A stretch of DNA of 64,000 nt from Octopus vulgaris (Eukaryota): contig OX597835.1 in NCBI GenBank assembly GCA_951406725.2, forward strand, positions 46,252,001-46,316,000, in the 5' to 3' direction. Below the pieces are notes generated by a model. That model was not told where the DNA came from, searched no databases, and saw only the letters and a program-made list of their open reading frames with translations. Made by a program: the position numbers and the translations under genes. Positions 1 to 13,488 of this stretch are shown in pieces; the first letter of the stretch is position 1, and each line of letters begins with the position of its first letter.

Positions 1-1866
1 TCTAAGTTCTTACTTTTAAGTTCCCAAATGTATGCACTTAGCCCTGTAGAGTACATTCTATTTTTATTCCTAAAAGTATATCTATGATAATTCCATCTTT
101 GTTTTATGCTATTCATAGTTGCCCCGATATACACCCTACTACTCAATTGTGTATCTACAGTGCATTGGTAAACTACCTCCTTCCTGAGGCATTGATTACC
201 AAATACACATTTATTTTTATTTCTGCAATTACAAAGATTAACAGAATGAGGAAATCTAAGATTGGACACCACCCCTATACTACTATTCACATTATAAGTG
301 TTACAATTGTTATCATCATCCAAACCCAAAATCAACGAATGAGTTAATTTCACATTATCGGCTATATTCCTATCACTAGTACTAGTATTGGTAGTAGTAG
401 TATGATCTATTACATTTATATTATCTCTGACAGGTATGGTGCACTCATTATTAGTAAGGAGGTTGTTCCCATTTGTTCCAAGAAAATTTCTATTCCTATT
501 ATTAATGAAGAGGGGCAAGTTTTCCTGGTCTAAATTCAATTTTCTATCCTTATAGAAGTGATCCAGTTTCTTGTTATTAAAAGAGGAGATAATGGTGGCT
601 AGATTATGAGTAATGCTATATCCCACTCTAACAGTACCGTTGTTAATTAAAGGACTAAATTTATTCATATCCTTACCAAAATGCCTAAAAATAACATTAT
701 GCAAAGCTCTCACTATGTTTGTTTTAATCTGCATTGCATACGGGATAATCAACCAAAGAGTATCCTTATCAGAATTAGGATTGCCTATAGAATTAATGTT
801 ATTTGTAAAAATCCTATTCGTAGACCAACTCATAGGATTACTATTCTTACCACTGTCATTGTTATATCTATCTATATCAATATTACCATGGTTATTGCGC
901 AAGTAAACTTTACCATTATCATGTCTACCATAAGTTTTAATTCGTATATTATTATTAATATTACTACTATTACCCGTATGTTTAGATCTATTTGAGCTAC
1001 CGTTCACCTTTCAAGGTTAACGTCACTTCTACATTTATTATAGGTGTTATCATATATTCTATTTTTACTATTCTTATGTATATTGTTGATTATCCTAAAT
1101 CTATTTGTGTTGTTCCTGATAGTTCTACCTCCATTAGGGGGGTTCCCCTTAGGTATAAACCAAATCTTACTTTTATATCCTGCCTTAAGTAATGCTGCAT
1201 TGTATCTATCACAGTGTTTGTTAAAAATTTCCTCGTTTGAGGATAAACTAGAAATTCTCTGACTAATGCTACGCACTAGTGCATTTTTAATTTGAGGGGG
1301 TGATTACTAGAACGGTTAATGTATATTAGGTTAGAATTAAGTTTAATATAGGGTTCATGTAAACCATTAGTAATGTTACAATTAACATCTAAATAATTAG
1401 CAGAAAAATTTTCACTTTCAATGATAATGGATAGGCCGAAGCTTTTAAAAAATTTATTTATTCTTTTTTTCAGAAGATCTAATCTCCTATTTGATGTATT
1501 CCTAACACAAAATAAGGCGTCATCCCTGTATAATCCACCTTTTAATTCAGGGAATTCCCTACTAAAGTTATCTAATAGATACATCCCAACTAGATCAGTC
1601 ACCTCCGCTGAGTCCGGCGATCCCATTGTGATATCGAACAAGTTGGGTGTGTCCTTTCTAGCCCAAAGTTTATTATCAAACTCTATTAAAGTTTTCCTGG
1701 CTGTTAGTATAACCTTAATCTCCCCCATACTTAATTTAGTGTGTTTTCTAGCGAAAATTAAGGACTTATTTAATATAATAGGGTTAATTGAAGTGTAATA
1801 ATTCTGTATATCGAATTGTATAAATTTATTTCTATTATAGCTAAAGTTGTTACTGTCACAGACCAT
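1..1866 (-). pseudogene. Penelope-like retroelement (Naiad-like) ORF: RT + linker + C-terminal GIY-YIG endonuclease; 5'-truncated, two frameshifts, runs off window start
   Basis: RT motifs FIQFDIQNYY, FDITMGSPDSAEVTDLVG, LYRDD, NYLDV, SNHP. Manual translation of the minus frame ~1007 to 1 is open and gives WLIIPY..IKTNI..HF..TVRVGYSITHNLATIIS, then CNCRNKNKC..QC..VVYQC..VYIGAT..KQRW.YH..TGLSAYIWELK. Frameshifts near 1290 (C-run) and ~1007. Confidence 0.93.
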
Positions 1867-2774
1867 CTATTTTTTACTTATTTACTTATACTGGTGTAGT
1901 TTTATACATACATATCTATCATTTATTTTTATTTAATTTTAATAATATATGAATACATATATACTAGTTTGTACTTATAATTATGTGTATAACCGTATTT
2001 ATTCCTTCGTATTTATTCCTTTTTATTTATTTTATCTCTTTTCATCTTAAGTCTTTATAATATAAAATTTATTTAAAATTTCTGTGATGTTCTCATAAGC
2101 GTTTACATTAATACTTCCCCTTCTATTCTTTAATGCCTAAACTGGTATATTATGGCACTATATTTATTAAGTTAATAAGTGACTTATTTATAATATTTAA
2201 ATTAATATATATTTTATATTTTATATTTTATAATTTAGCGTACTTAAAATCATAACAAACTTACGATAAACCTAACAACCGTATGTTTACTCTGCAACAA
2301 ACCGGTGTTATAAATTTTAAGTTACCCATGAAATAATTATCTGAATTAGTAACATACTGATATTTAAAAATATATTTATATCTAAATTAAATATTTTATA
2401 GAATGCATGGATGGTTCTTTTTTTGTTATTGAGGCTCAGTTATAATTTTGAAGGACTAAATGTTAGCATAGTTGCTTCCCTTTTTGTTTATCTAAGTGCT
2501 AGTTGTTGCTTGTGATTATGTATGTGTATAAGTGTATGTATATACATATAACTATGTGTGTATGTGCGATTGATCTGTAGATGCGTGTGTGAATATTGGC
2601 GTTCCCTGACTAACCAACCGTATAATTTTCTTTTGTGATTTAAATTTCAAACCAATAGCCAATCGAATTAATCTAAATTTTCTTTACCTAGTGGTCAGCA
2701 TTTCTTAACTCATAGTTATTTCGATCTTGAAAGGATGGACTTGGTGCTAACTTAACTGTATCTATTTTTATTAG

Positions 2775-2846
<72 letters not shown>

Positions 2847-3510
2847 AGTAATTTTTATTAACGTTTATAGCTTTAGAATTTTATGAACTGTACCACGGAT
2901 TTAATTATTATTTTTCATCTCCATATGTGTTAGCCCAATTTTTTTAATTAAAAAAACAAACTATTAGCCAAATATGTATAATATCGGTACTTATTAATAT
3001 TAATATATACACTGTTATATATTTTGTTTTATTTTGTTCTGTTTACCTTCCTTTTTGTACAAATGTGTATTATATTATATAAGTGTAGCATTATGATGTA
3101 TAAGTTTTTATATTTTACATTTTTATATTTTTATATTTATATGTATATGATTATATAATATTTTTCACTATTATAACAAATTTAATTTAATTCTCTGAAG
3201 AGGCCGTGGGGCATCCTTGTTAATGCCTCATTTATACCTGCCTTTATGGCTTATAGGTTAAATGAGGTATGACTGTCCTCACTGCCGAAACAGCTGTCAG
3301 TTTTGATTTATTTGCATATTATATTTGAAATTTTTTACTTATATCTCTTTATCTTTTTATTTTTACTTTTACTATTACTGTATATCTCATTTCATTTTAT
3401 ATATTGCCTTTACTCATATGTAATGGTGTATTAAAGTATGGATTGAGTATCATCGGATAGTTGATGTTTTACTGATTTAAGTATGTTTCTCCATTCTCTA
3501 ATTTTGTAGT
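1867..3510 (+). mobile_element. AT-rich non-coding PLE segment (probable inverted pseudo-LTR/UTR) carrying a hammerhead motif
   Basis: Abuts the truncated RT, contains a plus-strand hammerhead (opposite strand to the ORF) and ends in a TA microsatellite. Inverted terminal segments are typical of PLE insertions. Confidence 0.55.
3193..3300 (+). ncRNA. Type I hammerhead ribozyme, minimal stem III, long stem II insert
   Basis: CT-CTGAAGA-GGCCGTG...CACTGCC-GAAA-C-AGCT-G-TC-AG; internal hairpin ATGCCTCATTTA/TAAATGAGGTAT; palindromic AGCT loop; stem I only 2 bp. Confidence 0.8.
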
Positions 3511-4021
3511 ATATATACATATATATATGTATATATGGGGATATATATATGTATGTATGTATATATGTGTGTTTATGTCTCTGTGTGTGCGCGAGCATGC
3601 ATGATACATGTATTCATTTATCTATATATAGGAGAACATTTTTGTGTTTCTCCTCGTGCTATTTTTATAATTTATATTCAATTTTAGAGTTGCATATTGT
3701 TTTGATCTCCTCCCGACTTTCATTTATAATAATAAAGCATGTTTTCTTCAATCTAACCCAGTTACGTAGCTGCTGCTGCTACGACTATTACTACTACTAC
3801 TACTACTATCACCACCACCACCACCACCACTACTACTACTACTACTACCTCTTTTATTACAACTACAATGTAAATTCAAATGATTGCTGTTGGCTACAGC
3901 CCCTAAAGAGAAACTTCGAATTTACAATCAACCATTGTAGATACGCACACACAGACTCATACACACATATATTGGCACGTGTAAGTATGAATATGTATAC
4001 ATATAAACATAAACGATTGTG

Positions 4022-4056
<35 letters not shown>

Positions 4057-5428
4057 CTTTGTATCTGTGTAAAATGTGTTTGTGCGCCTGTGTGTTTGTG
4101 AGTAATTATATATGTATACGTGAACGCATATACTGGAATTACTATTATTTTAAAATCAAACTCAGAGACAATTTTTTGGGGAGCATTTCGTGTTTTTATA
4201 AAAAAAAAACAACCAATATTCCTATCTGCTGTTGCTGTTATTCATTATTTCTTCATCATGTATTAGTTTATAATATGTATATGTTATTTTTTTTAAAAGT
4301 TCTACTTGTTAAAAGCAAACTTTGTACTGTTGAGTCACAATAGTCTGAAAATATACTTTTGTGCTAAAATATTCGATGTTGATCTGCAACCATGTAGAAA
4401 CTAGAAATATTCCTGCTATCAACATATTATAAATATCATACTATTGTCCAGGGAATAACTCATTCTAAAATAAAACTGTCTGCCTTCATATTTTACTAGA
4501 TCTTGCGTTTATCTATTAGTCGCCATTTTGAATTTTTTCTTACTCATTTTTTTTTTAATTTTTACTTTAGAGAAGCTGTCTTTTGTCAGCATTATTTTTT
4601 AAATAATTTTTATATATTTCCTTATTTATTATATATACTTTTTCTTGTATTCGTGATGCAGTTGTTGTAGATTCTTGCAGTTGTTGGAATATGTTATAGT
4701 TGTAATAGTAGCTTTTGTTTTTGTAGTCTTATCGAAACTAATACAGCCGTAGACATCACTATATGTGAGTTATTTCTGAGAAATATTAATGCTGCCTTCG
4801 GGGAACTTGATAAAACTTATAGAATAAATGAATAAATATGACTAGAGAAAGAAAAGCGAAAGAGAAACTAGACAACGATGGCGTAAACGAGAGAGATGAC
4901 TGAAATAGACAGAGAGATTTAAACACATAAAGGCTTTAGAGAGAAAGAGTTAGACGCAGTAATAAAAGATAGCAATCATAGAGTGCAGACGATATTTCCA
5001 TTGTAATTTACGTAACTACAAATCTGTCGTTAGATTAGATCCCTTGGCAAGAGATGAAGTCTATGCTGATCTCATGAACGACTCTGTAGAGATTCTTATT
5101 TCTCTCCTTCTTTCTTTCATTATTTAGTTATTTTATGCAGCAATTGGTAAAATATAGCGCCGTTGGATACAGGTTTCAAACAAGCCAACCATTTATTTAT
5201 TCACTGTAATTCTGATACTGAAAGTGATTCGAATGTGACAAGGAAGTATCTATAACTCGGTGCGGAAGAAATACTACAAGGTTCCTTTGTTCGGAAAACA
5301 TAAGTTCAAACATATCTTTTGGTTGGTGCTCGTGAAGAAAATAATACCCAGACATATATATCCTCACCCCACATACATACTGACATAGATACATACACAC
5401 ACATACACAAATGTATGTAGATACACAA

Positions 5429-5460
<32 letters not shown>

Positions 5461-5489
5461 TCGTTTCTATATATTTTATATTTATTTTT

Positions 5490-5710
5490 TTCTTTTATTC
5501 TTTCAGTCGTTTGACTGCGGTCATACTGGAGCACAACTTTTAGCGAAAAAATATCGATCCCACAACTGTAAGCCTATTTGTAAGCCTAGTACTTGATCTA
5601 TCAGTCGTCTTTGCTGAACTACTAAGTTACAGGGACGTAAGCACATCAATATCGATTGTAACCGATGGGGGGGGATAGACACACAAGTACATACATAGAT
5701 ACATACATAA

Positions 5711-5788
<78 letters not shown>

Positions 5789-5941
5789 GATGGTCTTCTT
5801 TCAGTTTCCGTCTACCAAATCCACTGACAAGTCTTTGGTCGGCCTGATTCTAAAGTAGAAAACATTAGCCCAAGGTGCCACGCAGTGCTACTGAACCCGG
5901 AACCATGTAGTTAGGAAGCAAGCTTCTTACCACACAGCCAG
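5490..5941 (-). mobile_element. tRNA-derived SINE family A
   Basis: Minus-strand head TGGCTGTGTGGTAAG...GGTTCAGT (A/B-box-like), internal CA/TA microsatellite, tail ...CTCCAGTATGACCGCAGTCAAACGACTGAAA; similar to copies at 7409, 8747, 46550 and 51873. Confidence 0.85.
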
Positions 5942-6415
5942 TCCGCAAGCACAAACACATACGCATACACATAGACATGCTAGAATTAGTTGTTTAAACC
6001 TTGAAGCTCGAAATTGATGAAGCTATACATAAAACCGTATAGACTATTTCGTTAAAGAACTCTTTGGACAAGTCGGAAAAGTTGGGAGCCACGGAGACCC
6101 CTGACGTTTTCTAACCAAACCGGTTTCAAGCCAACTATACTGCGCGTTCTTATTTATATCTTTACCTATTTCGCGTTAAAAATAAAATATTCTAGTTATT
6201 TCAAGCTCTCTAAAAGCTCACAAATTCACACGCGCGCGCGCGCACACACATACACATACACACATAAACAAAGAAACATATATATATTCACAACTGGGTG
6301 ACTGAATACACAACGAGTCATTAAGGTCACACATGGGTACACTGCCTTCTATAGACTCCAGATACAAACGAATTGCATGCATGCATGTGTGTTTGTGTAT
6401 GTATATATATATATA

Positions 6416-6616
6416 ACCGGAAGGTTTACGAAAATAAACAAAACACGAAGACAGGTGGAGTACAAACAAGCAAATGTATTAGTATGGCGCTCAGGAATAG
6501 AAATAGAACAACTCTTTTACGTTTCGAGCCTACGCTCTTCGACAGAAAGATACACAGAAAAGATACACAGAAAAGAAACAAGAAGAGAAAAAAATGCGTG
6601 TAGGAGCTAACGGTCC

Positions 6617-6620
<4 letters not shown>
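6416..6620 (-). mobile_element. Short non-coding PLE-like insert with variant hammerhead (6513-6550)
   Basis: Minus: TCTTT-CTGTCGA-A-GAGC-GTAG-GCTC-GAAA-CGTA-AAAGA; flanked by TA repeats; homologous to 27480-27600 and 27675-27880. Confidence 0.65.
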
Positions 6621-6690
<70 letters not shown>

Positions 6691-6720
6691 TGTATGTATG
6701 TATGTATGTATGTATGTATG

Positions 6721-7312
6721 TATAGTCAATCCAAACATGAACAAGCAAGAACATACCACAACACGAAAATGTGGTAAAGTGCTGAGTTATTGGACGCTCA
6801 GGAATGAAAAGAAAAGAAAGAGGATTTCACGTTTCGAGCGGAGTTCTTCATCAGAAATATAGAAAAAGTCGAAAGAAGGGCAGACGGAGAAAGAAAATCG
6901 CCAACGATACACACGCGGTCACATATTGAAATCAGCGGAAGAGAATGAGTGAAGAAAATGTTCTTTCGAAGGAAGGTGTTGGTGGAAGGAGTGGAGGTGA
7001 GGCATGGTGAGAGGGTGTGAATGTCGGTGTAGGTGTTATTGGTGGTGACAAAAATAGAAAGGTGGAATTAGAAAGAAGATAGGTGGAAGGAGGACGAGAA
7101 AAGTGGAAGAGTCACGGACAAATTGTGATGATTTCCAATCAAGATTAGATTGGCGTAATCCGAATGAATGTGACCTTAATCCGCAGGTATAAGAATTCCA
7201 GGAATTGGTACTCCAAAGTCAGTCAGAAGGCCGGGGTCCGTGTGAGCGCGCGGTATATAGTCAATCCAAGCATGAACAAGCAATGTGAGGGCACTCCAAA
7301 CGAATTGCATGT
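6721..7312 (-). mobile_element. PLE-like element with partial direct terminal repeat and hammerhead motif (6824-6858)
   Basis: TATAGTCAATCCAARCATGAACAAGCAA occurs at 6721 and 7256; minus strand ATTT-CTGATGA-A-GAAC-TCC-GCTC-GAAA-CGTG-AAAT. Confidence 0.6.
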
Positions 7313-7356
7313 ATGCAGTATATATACATACATACATACATACATACATACATACA

Positions 7357-7408
<52 letters not shown>

Positions 7409-7409
<1 letters not shown>

Positions 7410-7819
7410 CTTTTACTCTTTACTCTTTTACTTGTTTCAGTCATTTGACTGCGGCCATGCTGGAGCACCGCTTTAATCGAGCAACTCGACCCCGGGACTT
7501 ATTCTTTTGTAAGCCCAGTACTTATTCAATCAGTCTTTTTTATCGAACCGCTAAGTAACGGGGACATCGGTTGTCAAGCAATGCTAGTGGGACAAACACA
7601 GACACACAAACACACACACACGCATATATATATATATACGACATATATACGACGGGGTTCTTTCAGTTTCCATCTACCAAATCCACTCACAAGGCTTTGG
7701 TTGGCCCGAGGCTATAGTAGAAGACACTTGCCTAAGTGGTTGTGTGGTAAGTAGCTTGTGGGACTGAACCCAGAACCATGTGGTTGGTAAACAAGCTACT
7801 TACCACACAACCACTATGC

Positions 7820-7822
<3 letters not shown>
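7409..7822 (-). mobile_element. tRNA-derived SINE family A with internal inverted duplication
   Basis: Full head and TAAAAGAG-repeat tail; 7735-7759 is the reverse complement of 7791-7815. Confidence 0.9.
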
Positions 7823-8221
<399 letters not shown>

Positions 8222-8344
8222 CTGCGACGAAGAGGGTTCCAGTTGATCTGATCACGAAGAAGTGGTTGAGCACCCCAAAAAGAGCTGCGCCCTTAACCTC
8301 ATTCTCATGGAGATTCATCATGACATACAATATGGCGAATTCGA

Positions 8345-8530
8345 CCGTTCGAAATACATGTAGTACTCATTATTGCCAGCTGAATGGACTGGAGCAATGT
8401 GAAATAAAGTGTCTTGCTGAAGAACACAGCGCACTACCAGGAATTGAACTTATTACCTTACGATCGATTGTTTCTTTTTATTGCCCACAAGGGGTCATAT
8501 TACCTTACGATGCTGAGCCGAATAACCTAA
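8345..8530 (-). mobile_element. Decayed SINE family C copy
   Basis: Reverse complement resembles 29397-29540 (GTGTTCTT.AGCAA.ACACTT.ATT.CA..TTGC.CCAGTCCA.TCAGCTGG). Confidence 0.65.
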
Positions 8531-8539
8531 CTTGAAACA

Positions 8540-8955
8540 GCTTCACGCTATTACACGAAAAAGGTTTGGAACAGTGCAGCGGATGAGCTACAGGGATAAG
8601 GTCAGAAAACTGCACCCTTACTCCATGGAGCGAAGGAGTGAGAGATATGCAATAATCTAAATATGGGAAACTCTAGAAGGGCTAGTGCCTAATTTTTGGC
8701 ATTGAGCGTTATACAAATACCAGGACTGGCCGCCATTGTATTGTACATCTCTCTTTACTCTTTTACTTGTTTCAGTCATTTGACTGCGGCCATGCTGGAG
8801 CACCGCCTTTAGTCGAGCAAATCGACCCCGGGAATTATTCTTTATAAGCCCAGTACTTATTCTATCGGTGTCTTTTGCCGAACCGCTAAGTGACGGGGAC
8901 GTAAGCACACCAGCATCGGTTGTCAAGCAATGCTAGAGGGACAAACACTGACACA

Positions 8956-9041
<86 letters not shown>

Positions 9042-9590
9042 TATATATATACATAAATACGACAGGCTTCTTTCAGTTTCCGTCTACCAAATCCACTCAC
9101 AAGGCATTGGCCGGCCCGAGGCTATAGCAGAAGACACTTGCCCAAGATGCCACGCAGTGGGACTGAACCCGAAACCATGTGGTTGGTAAGCAAGCTACAT
9201 ACCACACAGCCACTCCTGTGCCTATATTGTACCTAAGGAACCATCCACTCCACCTAAATTCAGGAGCAGGCACTGCAATAGTCTAGGGTTCAAAGGCCCA
9301 CAGCTTTTCAATGTCCTGCCACAAAAATTAAGAAATTTGCATGAGGTGGAAGTAGATGTCTTCGAAAAGGAACTAGACATCCTCCTCTCCAAAATACCGG
9401 ATGACCCAATAGCCCTACGAGGGCAGCGGAATCAAACTCCCTTATACACCAAATGGGCGAACAGCTGCTACAAAGGCGCGTACAGGAGTAGCGATGTGAA
9501 ACCATATTGACGAAATTAAACTGACCACATTGGTGCTCCAGCATGACCACAGCCGCATGGATGAAACATGTTAAAGAATATAAGACTAAA
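8540..9590 (+). mobile_element. 3' fragment of a CR1/L2-group LINE, split by a SINE A insertion
   Basis: Translates SYRDKVRKLHPYSMERRSERYAII*IWETLEGLVPN..TGRHCIV | PKEPSTPPKFRSRHCNSLGFKGPQLFNVLP..VDVFEKELDILLSKIPDDP, typical of CR1-group ORF2 C-termini. Confidence 0.8.
8747..9224 (-). mobile_element. Full-length SINE family A with 8-bp TSD
   Basis: TATTGTAC at 8739-8746 and 9225-9232 flanks the element. Confidence 0.92.
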
Positions 9591-9644
9591 ATTATATACA
9601 CATATACAAACACACACACACACACACATACATATGTGTGTATT

Positions 9645-9649
<5 letters not shown>

Positions 9650-9678
<29 letters not shown>

Positions 9679-10127
9679 TGTATGTATGTATGTATGTATG
9701 TATGTATGATGTATGTATGTATGTATATATGTGTGTATGTATGTATGTATTTATGTATGTATGTATGTATGTATGTATATATGTGTGTATGTATGTATGT
9801 ATATATGTGTGTGTGTATGTATGTATGTATGTATGTATGTATGTATGTATGTATGTGTATGTATGTATGTATGTATGTATGTATGTATGTATGTATGTAT
9901 GTATGTATGTATGTATGTATGTATGTATGTATGTATGTATGTATGTATGTATGTATGTATGTATGTATGTATGTATGTATGTATGTATGTATGTATGTAT
10001 GATGATGTATGTATGTATGTATGTATGTATGTATGTATGTATGTATGTATGTATGTATGTATGTATGTATGTATGTATGTATGTATGTATGTATGTATGT
10101 ATGTATGTATGTATGTGTATGTATGTA
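9650..10127. repeat. (TATG)n microsatellite
   Basis: Direct inspection; source of the MYVC ORFs. Confidence 0.97.
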
Positions 10128-10157
10128 TAAGCATATACTAACGTCTCTATCTTTCCC

Positions 10158-10213
<56 letters not shown>

Positions 10214-11399
10214 TGTGTGTGTGTTATTATATTTGAGTGGTGATTGATTAGAAAGTCACGAGTGACATCATTCTAATATGTCCGGCCATTGGATCGCGTG
10301 TATTGTTGGAATTAAACCATCTTAGCAACATAAAAGGAGCAAAATTATATATTCTCTCTTTAGGGAGCAGTTCGGTTTCACATGAAAAATAAGACCTAAT
10401 TGCACGGTAAAATTCGTCTCAAAGGTCGCACTATATTTTTGTAGCTTTCTTCAATGAATGGCAGAATTTTTTTTTTCTTTAATGTTCTATTCAGATCGTC
10501 TGCGTGATTGCTTCCATTAAGATTATATGGAATAACCTAGTTTGACCAATATTGTTGTTCGGTTCAGTGCACAAACAACATCACATGTCAGAAAATGAGA
10601 CTCTCAGATGCTACGTCACTAAAGCTGGGGCCCTAAATAGGATTATATTTTGCAGGTAACGCATTACAATGTTATTTATCCCAACTGAATATACAAGCAT
10701 AAACGAAAATTTCATATTTTCTCTTATGATCTCAAGTAAGAGTCCCTAATTGTTCTAGCGATAGTAGATTATCACTGAAATTGTAGCTGAGATGCTCAAA
10801 TTCCTGTCTAGACTTGCTATTGCTGGCATGAGAAGTTTGGAAAAATCAATGTTTCAATTCTATACACAAGATTTATTCATCACACATACTTGTATAGCTT
10901 TTCACAGAAACTAAATACTAAGTTTTTAGATCTAATATAGTAATATTATGGAATCACTTCCGTGTGACCCAAAAGCTTATGTAAACCTGTCACTCCTGTG
11001 AATCAGCTGCAATGTTATGCTTACCAGATGCATCGACTGTGCAAAGAATAGATCGATACTTTGTTTGCAACAACAAAGAAACAAAGAATCGTTTCTTTCT
11101 CATTTCCTTCGTTTTCCTATTTTGATTAAATATGATTTGTGACCGTCTTCTGATCAGTGCGTACTGTAATATAACCATCGATTAAAAAAAAACATGGCTC
11201 TTTCCTAATACTTTATTATAATTACCACATCATCCGTTTATATTTATTTATTTATTTTTCGTTTTTTCTGTTCTTTCTTTTTATTTTGTTCAACACTTGC
11301 AAGAATTCTATCACCAAAAAGCAAAAAGTTTATTACATTATGAAAGAACCACTGAAATAGCAGACCTGGAATCATAAATATCAACAGGCTGTGGAAATG

Positions 11400-12150
11400 C
11401 AATGTATTAGAATTTTAAGTTTTCAGCAAGAGGATTAACAACATCAAAGTGTCGCTTTTTCAACGGAAAATAGGATTTCGATGAGGTTGCTTAAGTTTTC
11501 AGAAAGGGGAAACCCATTTCGAATAATAGCTAAACAAACTTAAATGTTATTGATGTTGTTTACTACTGTTGGGAGTCGATCAGCACACAAGAGACTTCGA
11601 TCTTTCCGGATCAGTTTGTAGAAAATGGATTTCTACTTTCTATCCTCAGTGACAAATTGATATTTAACGAAGACATGTGTTCCATGTAATGCTGAGTCTC
11701 TAAGCAACTGAAATATATTAAACCAGGTTCCCACCGTGGTCCTCAATAATTTTACCAACGACAATAACATCGTCCAGATAGGCGTGAATTCCTTTGTTAA
11801 CAATAATTATACAATCCATCACTCTTTGAAAAGCACTTACAACATTAGTAACGCCAAAGTTTATCTTCGCAAACTCCAATAAGCGTCTATCATTTATAAA
11901 TTCAATACAGCTCATGTGGTCACTGTGGAGTGGAATATTATCGTATGCTGTTTTCAGGTCCGTTTCTGGAAAGGAGACACACGGAATGTTCATTATGATG
12001 TGGACGGACTTTTGTCGAAAGTCGCATTTATTTATAAAACACAAGACACCAATATCCAGGTATTGTTTGCTACTAATTCTTGCTACACAGTACGTCATCA
12101 TTGTAGAGGGTAAATAATATTATTACTGGCTGAATAACACGCTGATGGTG
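11400..12150 (-). pseudogene. Decayed Ty3/gypsy reverse transcriptase remnant
   Basis: ORF 11718-12101 has DLKTAY..IPL, FGVTNVVSAFQRVMD, AYLDDVIVVG..EDH..NL; no LTRs seen; outer boundaries approximate. Confidence 0.8.
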
Positions 12151-12374
12151 TAGACTACTCATCATTGAAGCTACTACAAGAGCAGTAGGAAGTTTGGTTA
12201 CACCAATGCTTGGAGCGTCGATTGTACCTAGGTTGGGAGAGTGCCTGTTGCTGCTATATAACGCTAGAGGATTTGAAAATTTTCCAGACTGTCAGAAGCT
12301 TTCTGTTTTCTCTCTTTTTACCTTCTTCGATATTAGAACGCTTCAAGCGAACTACAACGTGATTGAGAAAATTT

Positions 12375-12480
12375 GCTTGGCAACCATTTGGCTTCGGATT
12401 TAGTCACATTGCGGAACACCTTGGGCAAGTGGCTTCTACTGTGACTGCATGAGGATCGATGCTTCGTGAGTGATTGTGTG
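12375..12480 (+). mobile_element. SINE A head fragment
   Basis: CAACCATTTGGCTTCGGATTTAGTCACATTGCGGAACACCTTGGGCAAGTGGCTTCTACT resembles the family A head. Confidence 0.6.
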
Positions 12481-12519
12481 GCTTACTTTCTTTGACACCC
12501 TCCTAGGGATGATTAAGAT

Positions 12520-12574
12520 GCTGCTGCCACTGCTGCTGCTGCTGCTGCTGCAGCTGATGATGATGATGATGATT

Positions 12575-12606
<32 letters not shown>

Positions 12607-13035
12607 GTGGTGATGATGATGATGATGATGATGATGAAGTGGTGATGATGATGATAATGATGATGATGAAGAAATGATGATGATTATGATGATGATGATG
12701 ATGATGATGAAGTGGTGATGATGATGATGATGATGATGATCGTGGTGGTGATGATGATGATGATGATGATGATGATGACGATGATGATGATAACTGTGAT
12801 GACAACGACGACGTCGGTGACAATGGTGTTAAGAAGGAGGAGAAGGTTGACGATGAAGATGATATTAATGATGAAAATGAGGTTGATGAAGACGGTGGTG
12901 GCGGTGGCGATGCCGGGGGGTGCTGGTGCTGATGCTGGTGGTGCTGGTGGTGCTTGTGATGCTGGTGACGACCACGACCTCGACCAAGACTACCACGTCG
13001 ACCTCGACGACTGCGCTGACCACGACGATCACAAC
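12520..13035. repeat. Compound trinucleotide low-complexity tract (CTG, GAT, GGT, GAC)
   Basis: Direct inspection. Confidence 0.92.
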
Positions 13036-13440
13036 GGATGTGCTGTCAAACCTCGGTGAAATTTTAACTTGAAAAGGAATTAAATATTGCAAGAAATTTA
13101 GCCTGTTAAAAACATAAAATAAATAATATCTACCAATTCTGCTCATCTATTACAGTCTTGCCAATATAAATTCACACTATTTTCGATACGATACGAGCGA
13201 GGGTTATTGGCCATGAAAGAACGAGAATACATATTGGCGTGTTATTGTAAAAGCTGCGACAAGGGTGAAAAGTAATTTGTTAAAGTGGAATTTTTACATT
13301 CATTTAATCTAAATGCAAAAAAAAAAAAATTATTTAGAGACATCGTTGCAACTAAACAATAACCGTACACATACACTCATACACACATACACACAAACTT
13401 CTTCATATGCACATATACACACACACACATACACATTCTA

Positions 13441-13488
<48 letters not shown>

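Noticed and set aside
1004-1006. In-frame TGA in the Naiad-like ORF as a selenocysteine codon
   Set aside because: Read-through gives implausible sequence; the conserved motifs continue in a different frame, so this is a frameshift and not at a conserved Cys position.
12553-12570. CTGATGA motif
   Set aside because: Junction of CTG and GAT microsatellites.
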